64,000 bases of DNA from NCBI RefSeq assembly GCF_963921235.1, contig NC_086108.1, forward strand, positions 106,828,001-106,892,000. Reading direction: 5' to 3'. Origin of the DNA: Mobula hypostoma. Taxonomy: Eukaryota. Under the pieces are notes generated by a model that saw nothing but the letters and a program-made list of their open reading frames with translations, was not told where the DNA came from and did no database searches. Below are positions 23,950 to 36,486 of the stretch, in pieces. How positions within the stretch are numbered: position 1 is the stretch's first letter; every line of letters begins with the position of its first letter. Both the position numbers and the translations under genes were made by a program.

Positions 23950-24090
23950 TGTTTCTGTAGCAGGCAATTTTTTTTTTTTTTGCGAGGTCGAGTTGCACGG
24001 ATGGAAAGCGTGCCTGGGGAGCTGGCTGAGTTCGAACTCAGGAGCCTTCGCTCCGAAGTCCGGCACTGATGCCATTACACCACCAGCCGG
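23950..24090 (-). mobile_element. tRNA-derived SINE with A-rich tail
   Basis: Minus strand: A-box TGGTGTAATGG, T-arm/B-box CTGAG-TTCGAA-CTCAG, acceptor-like GGCTGG/CCAGCT pairing, A14 run at 23968-23981. Confidence 0.7.
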
Positions 24091-24149
24091 TTACCTGTGC
24101 ACGGATGCCACAAAAAAACTTGCTTGCAGCTGTGTCACAGGCATAGAGA

Positions 24150-24752
24150 ACCTCTGATGGTCAGGGTTAACCATGGAGATTGTGTCCCAGCTGTCTACAT
24201 TTGTCATCAATCGATATGCAAGCCAGGGCAGCACGATATGATGAGCAAGCTGTTGCTTATGCAGCACACTCTCCCTCTCCACGCTGTTTTGATGAGTCCA
24301 AATGAACAGCAGAGACCATTTCAGTTTGGCACCAATGGCAATGCAAGAGTTGCCAGTCAGCGTTGAACTCAACGTAGTACTCCCTTAGGACTTCAGCTCT
24401 GGGATTTTTCCTCAGGGTTTGTTCCTGAAGCCTTCCCTATGAATGAGTATAACCACAAGGCAGCGGACATTTGAGATCAGGGTTTTACTTCTCAGAGATG
24501 AGTTGTCAACCATGGCTGACGAGCCCCATCCGCCCGAAGCGAATGGTTTTAAGGACCAGTAACCTGCCTTTGCCCCTTCTCCTGTCAGTAGAAATGGTTC
24601 CACCCAGTTTAATAGCTAAGCCAGACATGAAGGCCAGGAGCTAGGCTTAGTTGTCAGAGGCTATTTGAGATGCACACTGATGGAAGCATTTAATAGGTAG
24701 TGGGAGCTTAGCTCCAGTCTTCAACCCTCACACCTCCTGGCTATGACAACCT
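24150..24752 (-). mobile_element. Non-coding ~600-bp repeat resembling an RTE 5' UTR; homologue of 56800-58150
   Basis: Colinear with 56800-57293 + 58081-58150; contains a ggctcgtcagccatggttg..aaaaccctgatctcaaa motif typical of RTE leaders. Confidence 0.6.
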
Positions 24753-24879
24753 TAACGAACCATGTAAGCAGCATTCACAAAAAAGTTAGACACTACCAGG
24801 TTTAAGCAGGAAAGAACACAATTAGAACAAAAATAAACAAAATCCATTGTAGTGCAAAGTGATCTAAATGCTGCTGAAC

Positions 24880-25210
24880 ATAAACACAAGAGATTCTGTA
24901 AAAGCTGGAAACCTTCAACAATACACCCAAAATAGTGGAGGAACTCAGCAGCTATGGAGGGAAATAAACAATGTTTCACGCCAAGACCCTTCATCAGGAG
25001 TGGGAAATGTCAGAATAAGAAGGTGTGGAGAAGTGAAAGATCACAAGCCAGCATGCGATAGGTGAAACCAGGTGTGGGGGAAGTCAGATGTGCGGGGCAG
25101 TAAGGACAAGTCAAGAAGCTGGGAGGTGATAGGTGGAAGAGAGAGGATCTGGTATGAGATGACAGTAGACCATGGAAGATAGGGAAGGAGGAAAGAGGAA
25201 GTGTTACTAC
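24880..25210 (-). mobile_element. Penelope pLTR fragment
   Basis: ggaggaactcagcagc..tgtttcacgccaagacccttcatcagga followed by a purine-rich tract. Confidence 0.75.
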
Positions 25211-25949
25211 ACTGAGGGAATCAGTAGGGCTGTGCAGGCTGATTTGTGAACCAGATGGTTGAAGGGAAATAGTTGTTCTTGAGTCTGATGGTGTGGACCT
25301 GTACATTTCCGTATCTTCTGGCTAATAGTAGCTGCAAGAAAATGGCATGGCCTGAGTGGTGGGGGTCTTTTAATGTCCAATGTTACCTTCTTGAGACAGA
25401 AACTCATGTAACTACGTTTGATGGTGGAGAGGGATGTATCGGTAATGTACTGGAATGAGTCCACTGTTCTCTGCAGCTTCTTGCATTCCTGTTGTACAAC
25501 GCTGTGATGCAACCCATTAGGATATTTTCAACAGTACATCTATTGGAAGTTCATTAAAAACGCAATATCCATCATTAAAGACCCCAACTATCCAGTCCAT
25601 ATCCTCTTCTTGGTGGTGCCATTGGGAAAGAGGTACAGGAGCCTTTGGTTCAGGAACAGTTATTATCCTTCTACCATCATGCTACTGAATCAGCATGGAT
25701 AACTTCACTCACCTCAACACTGAACTGATTCCGTAACTCTTGGACTCACTTGCAAGGACTCTACAACTCATTTTCTCAATATCTATTATTTACTCTTTTG
25801 TATTTGTACAATTTGCTCTTTTGCACATTGGTTGTTCGTCCATCTTTGTGTGCAGTTTTTCATGGGTTCTTTGTGTTTCTTTGTATTTGCTGTGAATACC
25901 TGCAAGAAAATGAATTCTTGGAGTAGCGTGTGGTGACGTACACTGTAGG

Positions 25950-27196
25950 TGTCATGGTCCAGTCCGTGAAGTCTGCATTCCGGTTCACGGCCTGGTCCAT
26001 TAATTCCTTATTCCGGGTTTTCCTGTTTTCCTTTGTCCATTGGGTGCCTTAATTGAGGCATCTGATTCTCGTTTTGGGCTGGCACATAAATACCTCTCAA
26101 ACCAAGGATTCCCTGCTGGACTGTTTCCTTCCCCTTCCTTCTGAAGCCTTGCCTGCATCCCCATTAAGTTCAACTACCAGAGTGAGACTGGAGCCTTGCC
26201 ATACCAAGATAAGTACTATCCATTGTTGAGTTTGGAATTATCTCTTTGTGTCCCTGTGTTTAGTGTCTGTGTCAAAGAAGAGTCCTGGCCCTAGATCCTG
26301 TTCCCAAGGAGCAATCCTGACTCTGTGTAAAGCCCTGGACCTAAGTCCTGTTCCCAAGGAAGGATTCTGTCTCTGTGTTCTGTGTTCCTGTGTTCCTGTG
26401 CTCCATGTTCCAGGTGCCGTGTTCCAGTCCTGTCCAAGTCAAGGCTATGTGTTCTCGTCCAGTCCAGGAGTCCCTTGTCCAGTCCACCTCGGCAAGTGTT
26501 CTCGGCAATCATCCTGGCCTTGTGTCCTAGAAAGGGTCCTGGCCCTGTGCTCCAAGGAGGGCTCCTGGCTCCATACCCAAGAACCTAATCAGGCCAAGTC
26601 CAAGAGCTGAGCCAAACCTAGACCAAGAGCCACGACCTGCCCTGGAGTACCTCGTCCAGTCCACATCCAAGGCTCTGAGCGTCCAGTCCACGTCCAAGGC
26701 TCTGTGTTCCTGTGTTCCAAGACCAAGTTCAGGCGCTGTGTTCCAGCCCTGTCCAAATCTGAGCTTCAAGTCCTCATTCAGTTCTGGTGCCTTGCCCAGC
26801 TCAGGAGTTCCTAGCCCAGCCTGGTGCTGGAGATTCCTCGTCCTGTCCTGTAGCCACGTCCTCTCCTTGCCAAGATCTTAGTCCCGAGTCCTAGCCTAGA
26901 CCCGGGTTCCGGTTCCGAGTCAAGACCCAGGTTCCAGGTCCTTGTTCAGGCTCTGGTTCCGGAGTTCTGTTTTCCTAGTCCAGGCTCCTCATTCCTAGTT
27001 CCCTGTCTGGGTTCCATGTTTCTAGTCCAAGCCCTAGCCCATGCCCTGAATCCTAGTCTCGTCCAGGGCCTGTGTCAATGTCCAGTGTTGTTTCTTCCTT
27101 ACTCACCTTGCTATCTCGATAAACCTAATCCTGTTTCCAGTACTTCAGTGTCTGTGTCTTGCATTTGGGTCCGCCATCAGCACCCACCGTATGACA
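25950..27196 (+). mobile_element. Solo LTR, family A (1247 bp) with internal short tandem motifs
   Basis: Termini TGTCATGG..CGTATGACA; perfect TSD GTAGG at 25945-25949 and 27197-27201; CATAAATA TATA-like box near 26085. Confidence 0.88.
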
Positions 27197-27469
27197 GTAG
27201 GAACTTTGATGGTCAGTTTATCTTGAACTTTGAGAGTTCGGTGACATGTTAAATCTCCTCAGCCTTCTAAGAAAGTAAAGATGCTGACGCGCCTTCAGTG
27301 TAATAATTTTGGACTGATTTATGTAACTTATTATTTAGGAGTTACCTCAAACAAAATAACTCTCCCAGTCCAAGCATCCCTATCAACGTCTCTCTATCGA
27401 TATCTTCCATCCCGCCTTCTCTCCCAAGAACCTTGTATTTTCTCAGGTCACCTCTTGAAACCTTTCTTC

Positions 27470-27912
27470 TGGGAATGAAAAGGTGAACATATGAGGAGAG
27501 TTTGATGGCCCTGGGCCCGTATTCGCTGGAGTTTCGAAGAATGATTGGGGAACTCATTGAACCCTGTTGAATATTGAAAGACCTGGAGAGGATATTTCCG
27601 ACAGTGGAAGAGTCTTGGACCAGAGAGCACAGCCGTAATAGAGGGACATCCATTTAAAACACAGATGAGAAGGAATTTCTTGAGCCAGAGGGTGGTGAAT
27701 ATGTGGAATCCATTGCCACAACCAGTCATGGAGGCCAAGTCATTGGGTATATTTAAAGCAGAGATGGATAGATTCTTGATTAATGAGGGCATCAAGGGTT
27801 ATAGACAGAGGGCAATGAATGGGGTTCAGAAGGATAATGAGTCAGTCATGACTGGATGATGGAGCAGACTTGATGGACCAAGTGGCCTATTTCTGCTCCT
27901 TTGTCTTATGGA
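27470..27912 (+). mobile_element. CR1 3' fragment
   Basis: MRRNFLSQRVVNMWNPLPQPVMEAKSLGIFKAEMDRFL. Confidence 0.88.
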
Positions 27913-29298
27913 AACCCCCTGAGAAGATGGATGCTTGTTTGCTAATGACTTTTTTCACAGCTGACATGGCCTATTGGAAAATCTGAGAGTGTCTGCACCA
28001 CAGGTGTTTTAGCACTGACTCAGGGCTAAACCCGAGCATTAAACACACCGGTCTCTCCTCTTGCATACTCCTCTCATCTCCTTTGTGTGGCTCTTTAGCT
28101 TGGGAGGGTAGAGTGACAAGCCATCACAGTAGGTAGCCACAGCTTGTCCTGGTAATAAAGCCACATGCAAAGGCAGGAAGGAACAGGGGACTTTTGCAGC
28201 AGAGGTCTGCAAGTTTTTCTGGAAACAAAATCATTTTTCCTGCTTTCCATCGACAGGAAATAATTTTATCTGTTGAGGAAAGAAAAGATCAAAGATGCTG
28301 AGAGAACGATCTTTTCCAAAGTCTCCTACTTAATGAAAGAATTTGGGAGAGACGTCAGGCAAGATTGTAGATCTGACATCATGGTTCAGCAGACAAGGGT
28401 TTAAAACAAGACTCCAGCAGCGATAGATGAGATTAGCAGGGAGCTTCTGTGGCCGTGTTAATCAATGGCCCTTCTTTGCACTTTCCTCTGCAATAGGGGC
28501 CTGTATGAATGAGGTGCAACAGCTTGTCATTAATTTGCAGCTCAGGCTCAATGGTCCTCGCAGTCATTGTTGTTTCCGAGAGTGAGTGTGTAGAGGTGAG
28601 AGGTCGGAATTTAGTTCTGGGCACTTATCCCACGGGGCCTGATTGGTGTGAAACAGAGTTTGCGATGTTTAAAAAAAACTTCTATTCCCGCCTGGCCGTG
28701 CCCTTTTAACCCTTATTTTAATTCAAAGAGAAGCCTGTCTTATTTTCCTGGCCATTTCTTCAGTGTTGCTGTCCAGAGATGGTTATTGGTGGTAAAATGC
28801 CAAGAAGTTCATTGGGAATTCTCATTTTAACGGCTCCCTTAAGTTTGAGTGTCAATCTGTTCGCCCTCTGGTATTCTTAAAATAAAGACTGGCATTTGTC
28901 AGTGACTATCCTACTGGGGGCTTTGAACAGGTCTTGTTTGTTCATTGGAGAAGTTGGGCTCAAAGTGCTTTTAAAGATTATTTGTCATATGGACATTGAA
29001 AGATTAAAAAATACCATGGAGCGAGGCAAGTGGGCAGGAGTCCGTGCCAGGGAAAAAGCAAGCCCTAGCCGGCCAGCTCTCCCGTCCATTCTGCTCTCCA
29101 ATGGACATTAAATTGGACTACATCCGACTCCAACAAAATACTCGGCGGAATTACAGCTGTTTATTTATGTAACAGTTTTTCCCTCAAGCCATTGGATTAC
29201 CACCCTACTGCTCTCCGCTGTGCCTATTGTCTTATTTATCATTTATTGTAATTCCTGCACTGTTCTGTGTACTTTATGCAGTCCTGGGTAGGTCTGTA

Positions 29299-29571
29299 GC
29301 CAGGAGTACATTCAGCCAGAGACTCATTCCACCGAGATGCAGCACTGAGCGTCATAGGAAGTCATTCCTGCCTGTGGCCATCAAACTTTACAACTCCTCC
29401 CTTGGAGGGTCAGATACCCTGAGCCAATAGGCTGGTCCCAGACTTATTTCCTGGCATAATTTACATGTTACTATTTAACTATTTATGGTTCCATTACTAT
29501 TTAATTATTTATGGTGCAACTGTAACGAAAACCAATTTCCCCCGGGATCAATAAAGTATGACTATGACTAT
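29299..29571 (+). mobile_element. Young Rex1/Babar 3' end nested in another Rex-type tail (29170-29722)
   Basis: RSTFSQRLIPPRCSTERHRKSFLPVAIKLYNSS plus (TATGAC)n tail; the host ends aataaaaagtgacttgacttgac. Confidence 0.88.
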
Positions 29572-29894
29572 GGTGTAGTTTTTGTGTTGTTTTACGTAGT
29601 TCATTGTAGTTTTTGTATTGTTTCATGTAGCACCATGGTCCTGAGAAACGTTGTCTCGTTTTTACTGTGTACTGTACCAGCAGTTATGGTCGAAATGACA
29701 ATAAAAAGTGACTTGACTTGACGTGAAATGTGTCGTTAGCGTCATATGAATCAGTGAGGATTGTACTGGGGCAGCCTGCAACTGTTGCAGTGATTCCAAC
29801 ATCAGCATAGTGTGTCCACAACTTACTAATTCTAACTGTTCACCTTCAGAATTTTTAAAATTCCAAAATAAAAATTTTGAATAAAGACCTATTC

Positions 29895-30310
29895 CTATTC
29901 AGAGATGCACCACGGAACGGGACGTTCCAACCCTCCGAGCTGTGACTCACAGCAACTTACCCATTGAATCCCACCCTAATCACAGGGCAATTTACAATGG
30001 CTAAATAACACACTAACCAGTCCATCTTTGCACTGTGGGAGGAAACTCACATGCTCACGGGGAGAACGTACAAACTTTGTTACAGACAGTGGCAGAATTG
30101 AAACCTGAACTCCGACGCCCCGAGTTGTAATAACGTCATGATAACCATTGTGCTACCGCGTACGTCTTTGGAGCGTGGGAGGAAACCGGAGCAGCCGGGG
30201 GAAAGCCGTACAGTCACGGGAGAATGTACAGTCTCCTCACAGCCAGAGGCAGGAATTGGAGTCTGATTGGTGATCGATGGCACTGTAACTGTTTCAGTAG
30301 GATACCACCC
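29895..30310 (-). mobile_element. Two tandem V-SINE (HE1-like) copies
   Basis: Reverse complement of the V-domain gttctccccgtg..tttcctcccac..caaaga; tRNA-like heads at the right ends. Confidence 0.75.
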
Positions 30311-30369
30311 CATGGCATTGGCATGGGGATTGGTTTATTATTGTCATATGTATCAAAGTCAGGTCACTG

Positions 30370-30822
30370 GTCTGAGTGCTACTGGTACCATGTAACCCAG
30401 TACTACCTGCCGCATGGTCGGGTGGTCGGAGACTAAACCAGCTCCCCCACCAGGTTTGCCTGGTGAGGAGGGCGGCTAGACACCCTGCAGGACGAAAAAC
30501 AAGGCCTGTCAAAGGGCGGATGAACCCTCTTGTAGGGTCAACGGCCATCTAGCAAACACGTGCCGTGAAGCGCGGAAAGGGCATCCCTTGCATCGAAGCT
30601 TGGTCTGGCCATTCACTGCAACAGAACTTCCCCCAGCCGTCTTGGAACCCACCATGCCGCTGGATCCAGGAGGGGATGTCAAGAGGGTGGGTCTGGATCT
30701 GTGCAACCCCCTACTCACCTAAAATCCACTCACACACATGCTGTTCCTTTCTGAGGAGTGGGGTACCACCCCACTAACTGACTGAAAGGAACCCTCATCA
30801 TCCTATGGGATGGATAGCCAGA
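30370..30822 (+). mobile_element. Unclassified CpG-retaining repeat, possibly an RTE-type 5' UTR
   Basis: GC/CpG-rich block that interrupts a 'gtatcaaa' tail (duplicated at 30350-30357 and 30826-30833); no coding homology recognised. Confidence 0.35.
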
Positions 30823-31024
30823 GGTGTATCAAAATACAGGGAAAAGCTTTTATTGTGTTGTCCCTTTTCTCTCTCTTCCTGATCCACCTACACCCACTCC
30901 AGCCCCCATGAACCAGTCTCTGTCCTCTCCTCTACCTACTCCATAGAGACATACAGTCATAGAACAATACCGCATTTATAGAGACCTTTCAGCCCAACAT
31001 GTCAATGCTGACCATGTTATCCAT

Positions 31025-31390
31025 CTCATCATCATCATTTTGTGCTGTGCTGTATGATGTAGGTGTTCATTACCTATCAATGACCATGATTGTTCTTGGC
31101 AAATTTTTCTACAGAAGTGGTTTGCCATTGCCTTCTTCTGGGCAGTGATCCCAGCCACTATCAATACTCTTCAGAGATTGTCTGCCTGGCATCATTGGTC
31201 ACATAACCAGGACTTGTGATATGCACCAGCTACTCATATGACCATCCACCACCTGATCCCATGCTTCACATGACTCTGATCAGGGGCAAAGAAGGTGCTA
31301 CACCTTACCCAAGGGTGACCAGCAGGTTAGTGGAGGGACTGAGTGCCTTATTCCTTCTTTGGTCAAGATTTATCTCCACCCCACCGCCAT
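31025..31390 (-). mobile_element. RTE-related SINE/non-autonomous element with (ATG)n tail
   Basis: Reverse-complement homologue of 50715-51077; contains gaaggcaatggcaaaccacttc (BovB-like 3' motif). Confidence 0.7.
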
Positions 31391-33557
31391 CTAGCTCATC
31401 TGAATATCCTGTAGATCCCACCCCTCCATAATCATATCCAATTGTTTCTTAAATTATGCTATAGTGTCTGTCACTTTCTATAACAGCTGGTCCCATATAC
31501 TTACCACACTCTATGTAGAAAAGTTGTCCCTTTTAAATCTCTCAGCTCTCTGCAGGATGCCGAAGGAACTGCCAGCGAAAGTGGTTGATGCGGGTTTATT
31601 CGCAACGTTCAACAGACGTTTGGATCCGCACATGGATGGGAGTGTTATAGAGAGCTATGATCCAGATGGTCCAGGGTCAATGAGACTCGGCAGAATAACA
31701 GTTCAACACAGTCCAGATGGGCTGAAGGGCCTGTTTCTGTGCTGTAGTGCTCTGTAACACTATGACACATCCTTAGTCTTGTTTGGTCAGGGCATGAAGG
31801 TATTGGGGAGAAAGCAGAAGACTGGGGCTGAGAGGGAAATGGATCAGCCATGATGCAATGGCGAAGCAGGCTCGATGGGCCAAATGGCCTAATTCTGCTC
31901 ATATAGCTTGTGGTCATATTTTCTGGTCTGTGCTCCCTAGTTTTGGCTCTCCTACCCTAGGTAAAAGACTGCCTATGCCTCTCATAATTCTAAGCACTTC
32001 TATCAGGTCGCCCCTCATTTATCTATGTTGCAAGGATTAAAGATCGAGCTTGGCCAATTCTCCCTGGAACTCAAGTCCTGGTAACATCCTCCTACTTACT
32101 GTGTGTGCATACTAGGTCTTTGTGCTTCATGAACTGGAACATAGAACATACAACACATAACATAGAACCTACTATGTTTCTAACATAAAAGTACAGCACG
32201 GGATCAGGCAATTTGACCCACATTGCTATGTCACATTAAACTGATATTTAAACATCTAACTGAACTACACCTAAATAAACACCTCACTGTTATCTCCACA
32301 GGTCGATACCCCACTATCTTCTGCTTACTCCTGTATCAGAATCAGAATCAGGTTTATATATCATGAAATTTGTTGACTATGCAGCAGCAGTACAATGCAT
32401 TGTATGATAATAGAGAGAAACCATGGATTACAGTAAGTGTATGTATAGTAAATAGTTAAATAAGTAGTGCAAAAATAGAAATAAATGAAGCAGAGAGGTA
32501 GTGTTCATGGGTTCAATGTCCATTCAGAAATCAGATGGCAGAGGGGAAGAAGCTGTTGCTGTATCACTGAGTGCGAGCCTTTAGGCTCCTGTACCTCCTC
32601 CCTGATGGGAGCAATGAGGACAAGGCATGACCTGGCTGATGGGGTCCTTAATGATGGGTGCTGCCTTTTAGAGGCATCGCTCCTTGAAGATGTCCTGGAT
32701 ACTACAGAGGATGGAGCTGACTGAGTTTACAACTTCCTGCATTGACTTCGATTTTGTGCAGTGCCCCCTCCAGTAGCAGACTATAATGCAGGCAGTTAGA
32801 ATACTCTCCATGTACATCTGTAGAAATTTCCGAGTGTTATTTTGGTGACATACAAAATCTCCTCAAACTCCGAATGAAATGTAGCCGCTGTTGTGCCTGC
32901 TTTGTAGAGGCTCTAAGACCCTCTATTGTATCTGTCTCCAGCCATGCTTGGCAGTGCAATCCAAGTGTGCTTCACTCTGCGAATAAAAAATCTTGCTACA
33001 CCAAAAGCTCTTGACTCTTTGTCCCGTAACATTTTGTAATTGCACCCTTTACTGCATAGCAGCAGCTTTAATGTCCTTTGAAACTCTTCCCCATCTCTAA
33101 AAGCATGTGACTATCTACTGGCCTGAAGCCAACGTGACTTTATCCGCCTTCATCAAATCCCCCTCTCAAATACCTTCATTCCAAGGAGAGCTCCAGTTTC
33201 TCAGTCCAACCCTGAAGCTGAAATCCTTCATCCCTCTAACCTTTCTAGTCAATCTTCACTTTTTCTCTGTACCTTATGTCTTTCTAACTGTGTGATGGCA
33301 GGAACAGCTCCCCATTTGTGGCGTATTATCCAGGCCCAACAGAACAGTTATCTTCCCCTTATTTTATTCTCTCGAGACAAACCTCAGAGTTCTTCGTGCT
33401 CATCTGACCAGTCCCTCAACTTGAACTTCTGTTTTCAAGGATTTATGGTCTGTACAGAACATAGAGTACTACCATTGGGGAGCAGGTATAGGAGCTTGAA
33501 GACCCACACTCAATGATTCTTCCCTTCCATCATCTATACGGTTCACAAACCCATGTA

Positions 33558-34070
33558 CAGTGCAGTGTGAAAACCTTAGGCACATATATATAGGTAGGGT
33601 GCCTAAGACATTTGCACAGTACTGTAGTAATATTATGTATTGTGCTGTTCTGCTGCTGCAAAAAATGAATATCATGACATATGTAAGTGATGATAAACCT
33701 GAGTGGGAAGGTGGTAGGGAGAGGTGAATCATACTGTTGAAAGAGGAAGGGAGAGAGGAGGGAGCGGGAAGCAGAAGAGAGGCATTCTGTAATGATCAAA
33801 AAATGAATCGTTTACAATCAAATGAACTTGCCTGGTGTCTCAAGGTTGGGTAGTCTGCACCCACACCATTGCCCTCCCACCCCCTGGCACTCCTTCTCTG
33901 CCACCTGTCCCACACCCCTCCCACGGTGCCCCACCCTCACCATTCCCAACATCCATTGCCCCCACCACACTTGAAAACGCATTCTCTGCTCCACATTGAC
34001 AGATACAGCACTGTGCAAAAATCTTAATCACTGGAGCAATATATATGTGCCTACAACTTTTACACAGTGC
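33558..34070. mobile_element. Composite Tc1-type element, copy B
   Basis: Hairpin units at 33558-33624 and 34006-34070; interior homologous to 20715-21122. Confidence 0.7.
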
Positions 34071-34134
34071 CATGTTTCTTATTGAAACTTTTAGCAATCA
34101 TTTTGTGTGTTTCACTACACTGCTGAACTTTACC

Positions 34135-34425
34135 ACGAACGATCCCAGACCAGGCTGCAAAACGAGGAGTGTTGGACATAGGTTTAGTAGCCTATCCCAT
34201 AAAAACCCAGGCCTCATCCTTCGGAGAGAAAGAATCTGAGAGGACGGGTTATGCCTGGGGCAGCCCATCCCATAAAAACCCAGGCCTCATCCTTCGGAGA
34301 GAAAGAATCTAAGATGGGCTACACCTGGAGACAACTTGAAAGACAGGTGCAGGACAATGGACTCTGGTAAGCTGCTGTCAGTGGCCAATTTCCCCAGTAG
34401 TGATGATGGGCTTAAGTTAAGTAAC
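34135..34425 (+). mobile_element. Short internally deleted RTE-like element with a 44-bp internal duplication
   Basis: atcccataaaaacccaggcctcatccttcggagagaaagaatct at 34194-34237 and 34267-34310; 3' end gatgggcttaagttaagtaa. Confidence 0.55.
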
Positions 34426-36486
34426 TGTACTGCTGCTCCAAAACGAGAAATTTTGCAGCATATGTCAGTGATAATTCTGATTCCATGACATTAACTCATT
34501 GATCTCACCCTTTCAGAGATATTACCCATCTCTTCCCTCCCTGCTACGCTACTGAAAACTTGTATTCCCACATTCACAATTGTGACGAAGAGCCCAGTCC
34601 TTAAATATTCATTGTTTCCCCATTCCACGGAGAGTTTCCTATATTATCTGCTTTTATTACACAGCCGAGGACAGGGATCTGGCCAAGAAGCCCAGCGAAT
34701 TTTAAAGAGAGGATCTGAGAACCAAACTGACCCCCCAAAAATTAGATTGTGTTTTCTTTGGGAAGGACTCACTATTTTGCCCTCGATTCACATACAGACA
34801 TTAATTGCGACAATTAACTGTAATTTGCGGTCTGGTGTTCTGAACGGTTTTAGATCAGCCTGTCCTCAAAGCAACTGAGCACCTTCAGTCAGAATCAACT
34901 GCATGCAGTGCAAGCAACAGCAAGTGTTTGATTAATGGTTTTGGCTGAAGTGAAATTCTTTTTTTGCAGTGTTAACAATTAAGCTTTAATTCAGATTGTT
35001 AAAAACACGAGGTCATTTTCGGTTTTTACCTGCAAGACCACCAGTTCTGTTGCAGGGTTTTGCAAGGCATTCACAGTTCTTGCTGCTACAATCAGGCAGG
35101 AAGTATAGGAACATTAGGTCCCACACCACCAGGTTCAGGAACAGATATAAGCCTTCAACCATCAGGCCTCTGAACCTGTGTGGATAACTTCACTCACATC
35201 AACACTGAACTGATTCCACAACCTATGGACTGACTTTCGTGTACTCTGCAGCTCATGTTCTCAGCATTATCTATTTTTTTTTGATGTTTGTTTATTTTTT
35301 ATATTTGCACAGTTTGTCTTCTTTTTGCATTGGTTGTTTTTCAGTCTTTGTGTGTAGTTTTTCTTTAATTCTATTGTATTTCTTTGTTCTACTGTGAATG
35401 CCTGCAAGACAATCAAAGTTCAAAACATTCAAAGTTCAAGTAAGTTTTATTATCAGAGTACATACATGTCACCACATACAACCCTGAGATTCTTTTTCCT
35501 GCAGGTATGCTCTGCAAATCTGGAATAGTACCTATAAACAGGATCAATGAAAGATCAACCAGAGTCTAGTAGACAACAAACTGTGCAAATACGAATATCA
35601 ATAAATCGCAATAAATAACCAGAACATGAAATAACAAGGTACAGAGTCCTTAAAGTGAGATCATTGGTTGTGGGAACATCTCAAAGATGAATGTAGTTAT
35701 CTTCTTCTGTTCAGTAACTGCTCTAGGGTTAGCATCTTTTCTAGTGGTGGTAATGCTTGTCAGAGCAGTATATGGTGACACATACAGAATATACTTTGAT
35801 CATAAATTTACCTTGAATTTGAATTTCAATAGAGGAACCAAAATGTTGAGGAAGCTCTCTCAGGGAGTATGCTTTAATATACTCCAGATATAAGCTATAG
35901 CATGCTTCCTATTGACTACATTTCCAAGCCAGTTGGTAGCCCCTACCACCTACAGGGATGGGAGAATGCAGGGCCAAAGAGTCAGTGACCCTTGAAAGGT
36001 ATTTTTTTGTGTGAATTAAAGAATAAGGTATTTTAAAGGCTATTGGTAAACAGCTGCTGCCCAACAAGGACATGTAACAGCTTGTTGCCTCGGTCTTATT
36101 ATAACTGAAAATCACCAGGGCCTGCTGGAAAGGGTGACAGGTTTCTCCAGTGAGTGACGAGACAAATCAAGACGGCTAGGAATGCCCAAGGCTCAATGCC
36201 TGGCTTCCAATGGGATTAACAAAACTTGTTAAAGCTGGCCATCTGAGCACTAATTGGCTCCACTCCTTCTGGGCTGAGGGAGGGAGGGGGAAAGATTGTC
36301 AGAAGTTTCTGAACTTCTTTCACCAGTGGCACTCTGTTTGGAGGGAGTTTCATCTTGGCTGAAGAACTTCAGTTACATGGAGGGATGGGATTGGCTGGAA
36401 CATGTCTGCTTTCCCTGGAGTGAAGGAGGTTCAACGATGATCTGACTGAAGAATATAAGACTAAGGGAGACATAGATTAAGTAGAT

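Noticed and set aside
24018..24090. Functional tRNA gene
   Set aside because: D and anticodon stems do not pair properly and it runs into a SINE-like body and A tail.
24575..24660. Possible HDV-like ribozyme in the RTE-leader-like repeat (minus strand CTCCTG-GCC-TTCATGTCT-GGC..CAGGAG)
   Set aside because: P2/P3-like pairing is visible, but I could not build P1 or P1.1, and the second copy (~56885-56950) breaks P2. A descriptor search on the family consensus would be needed.
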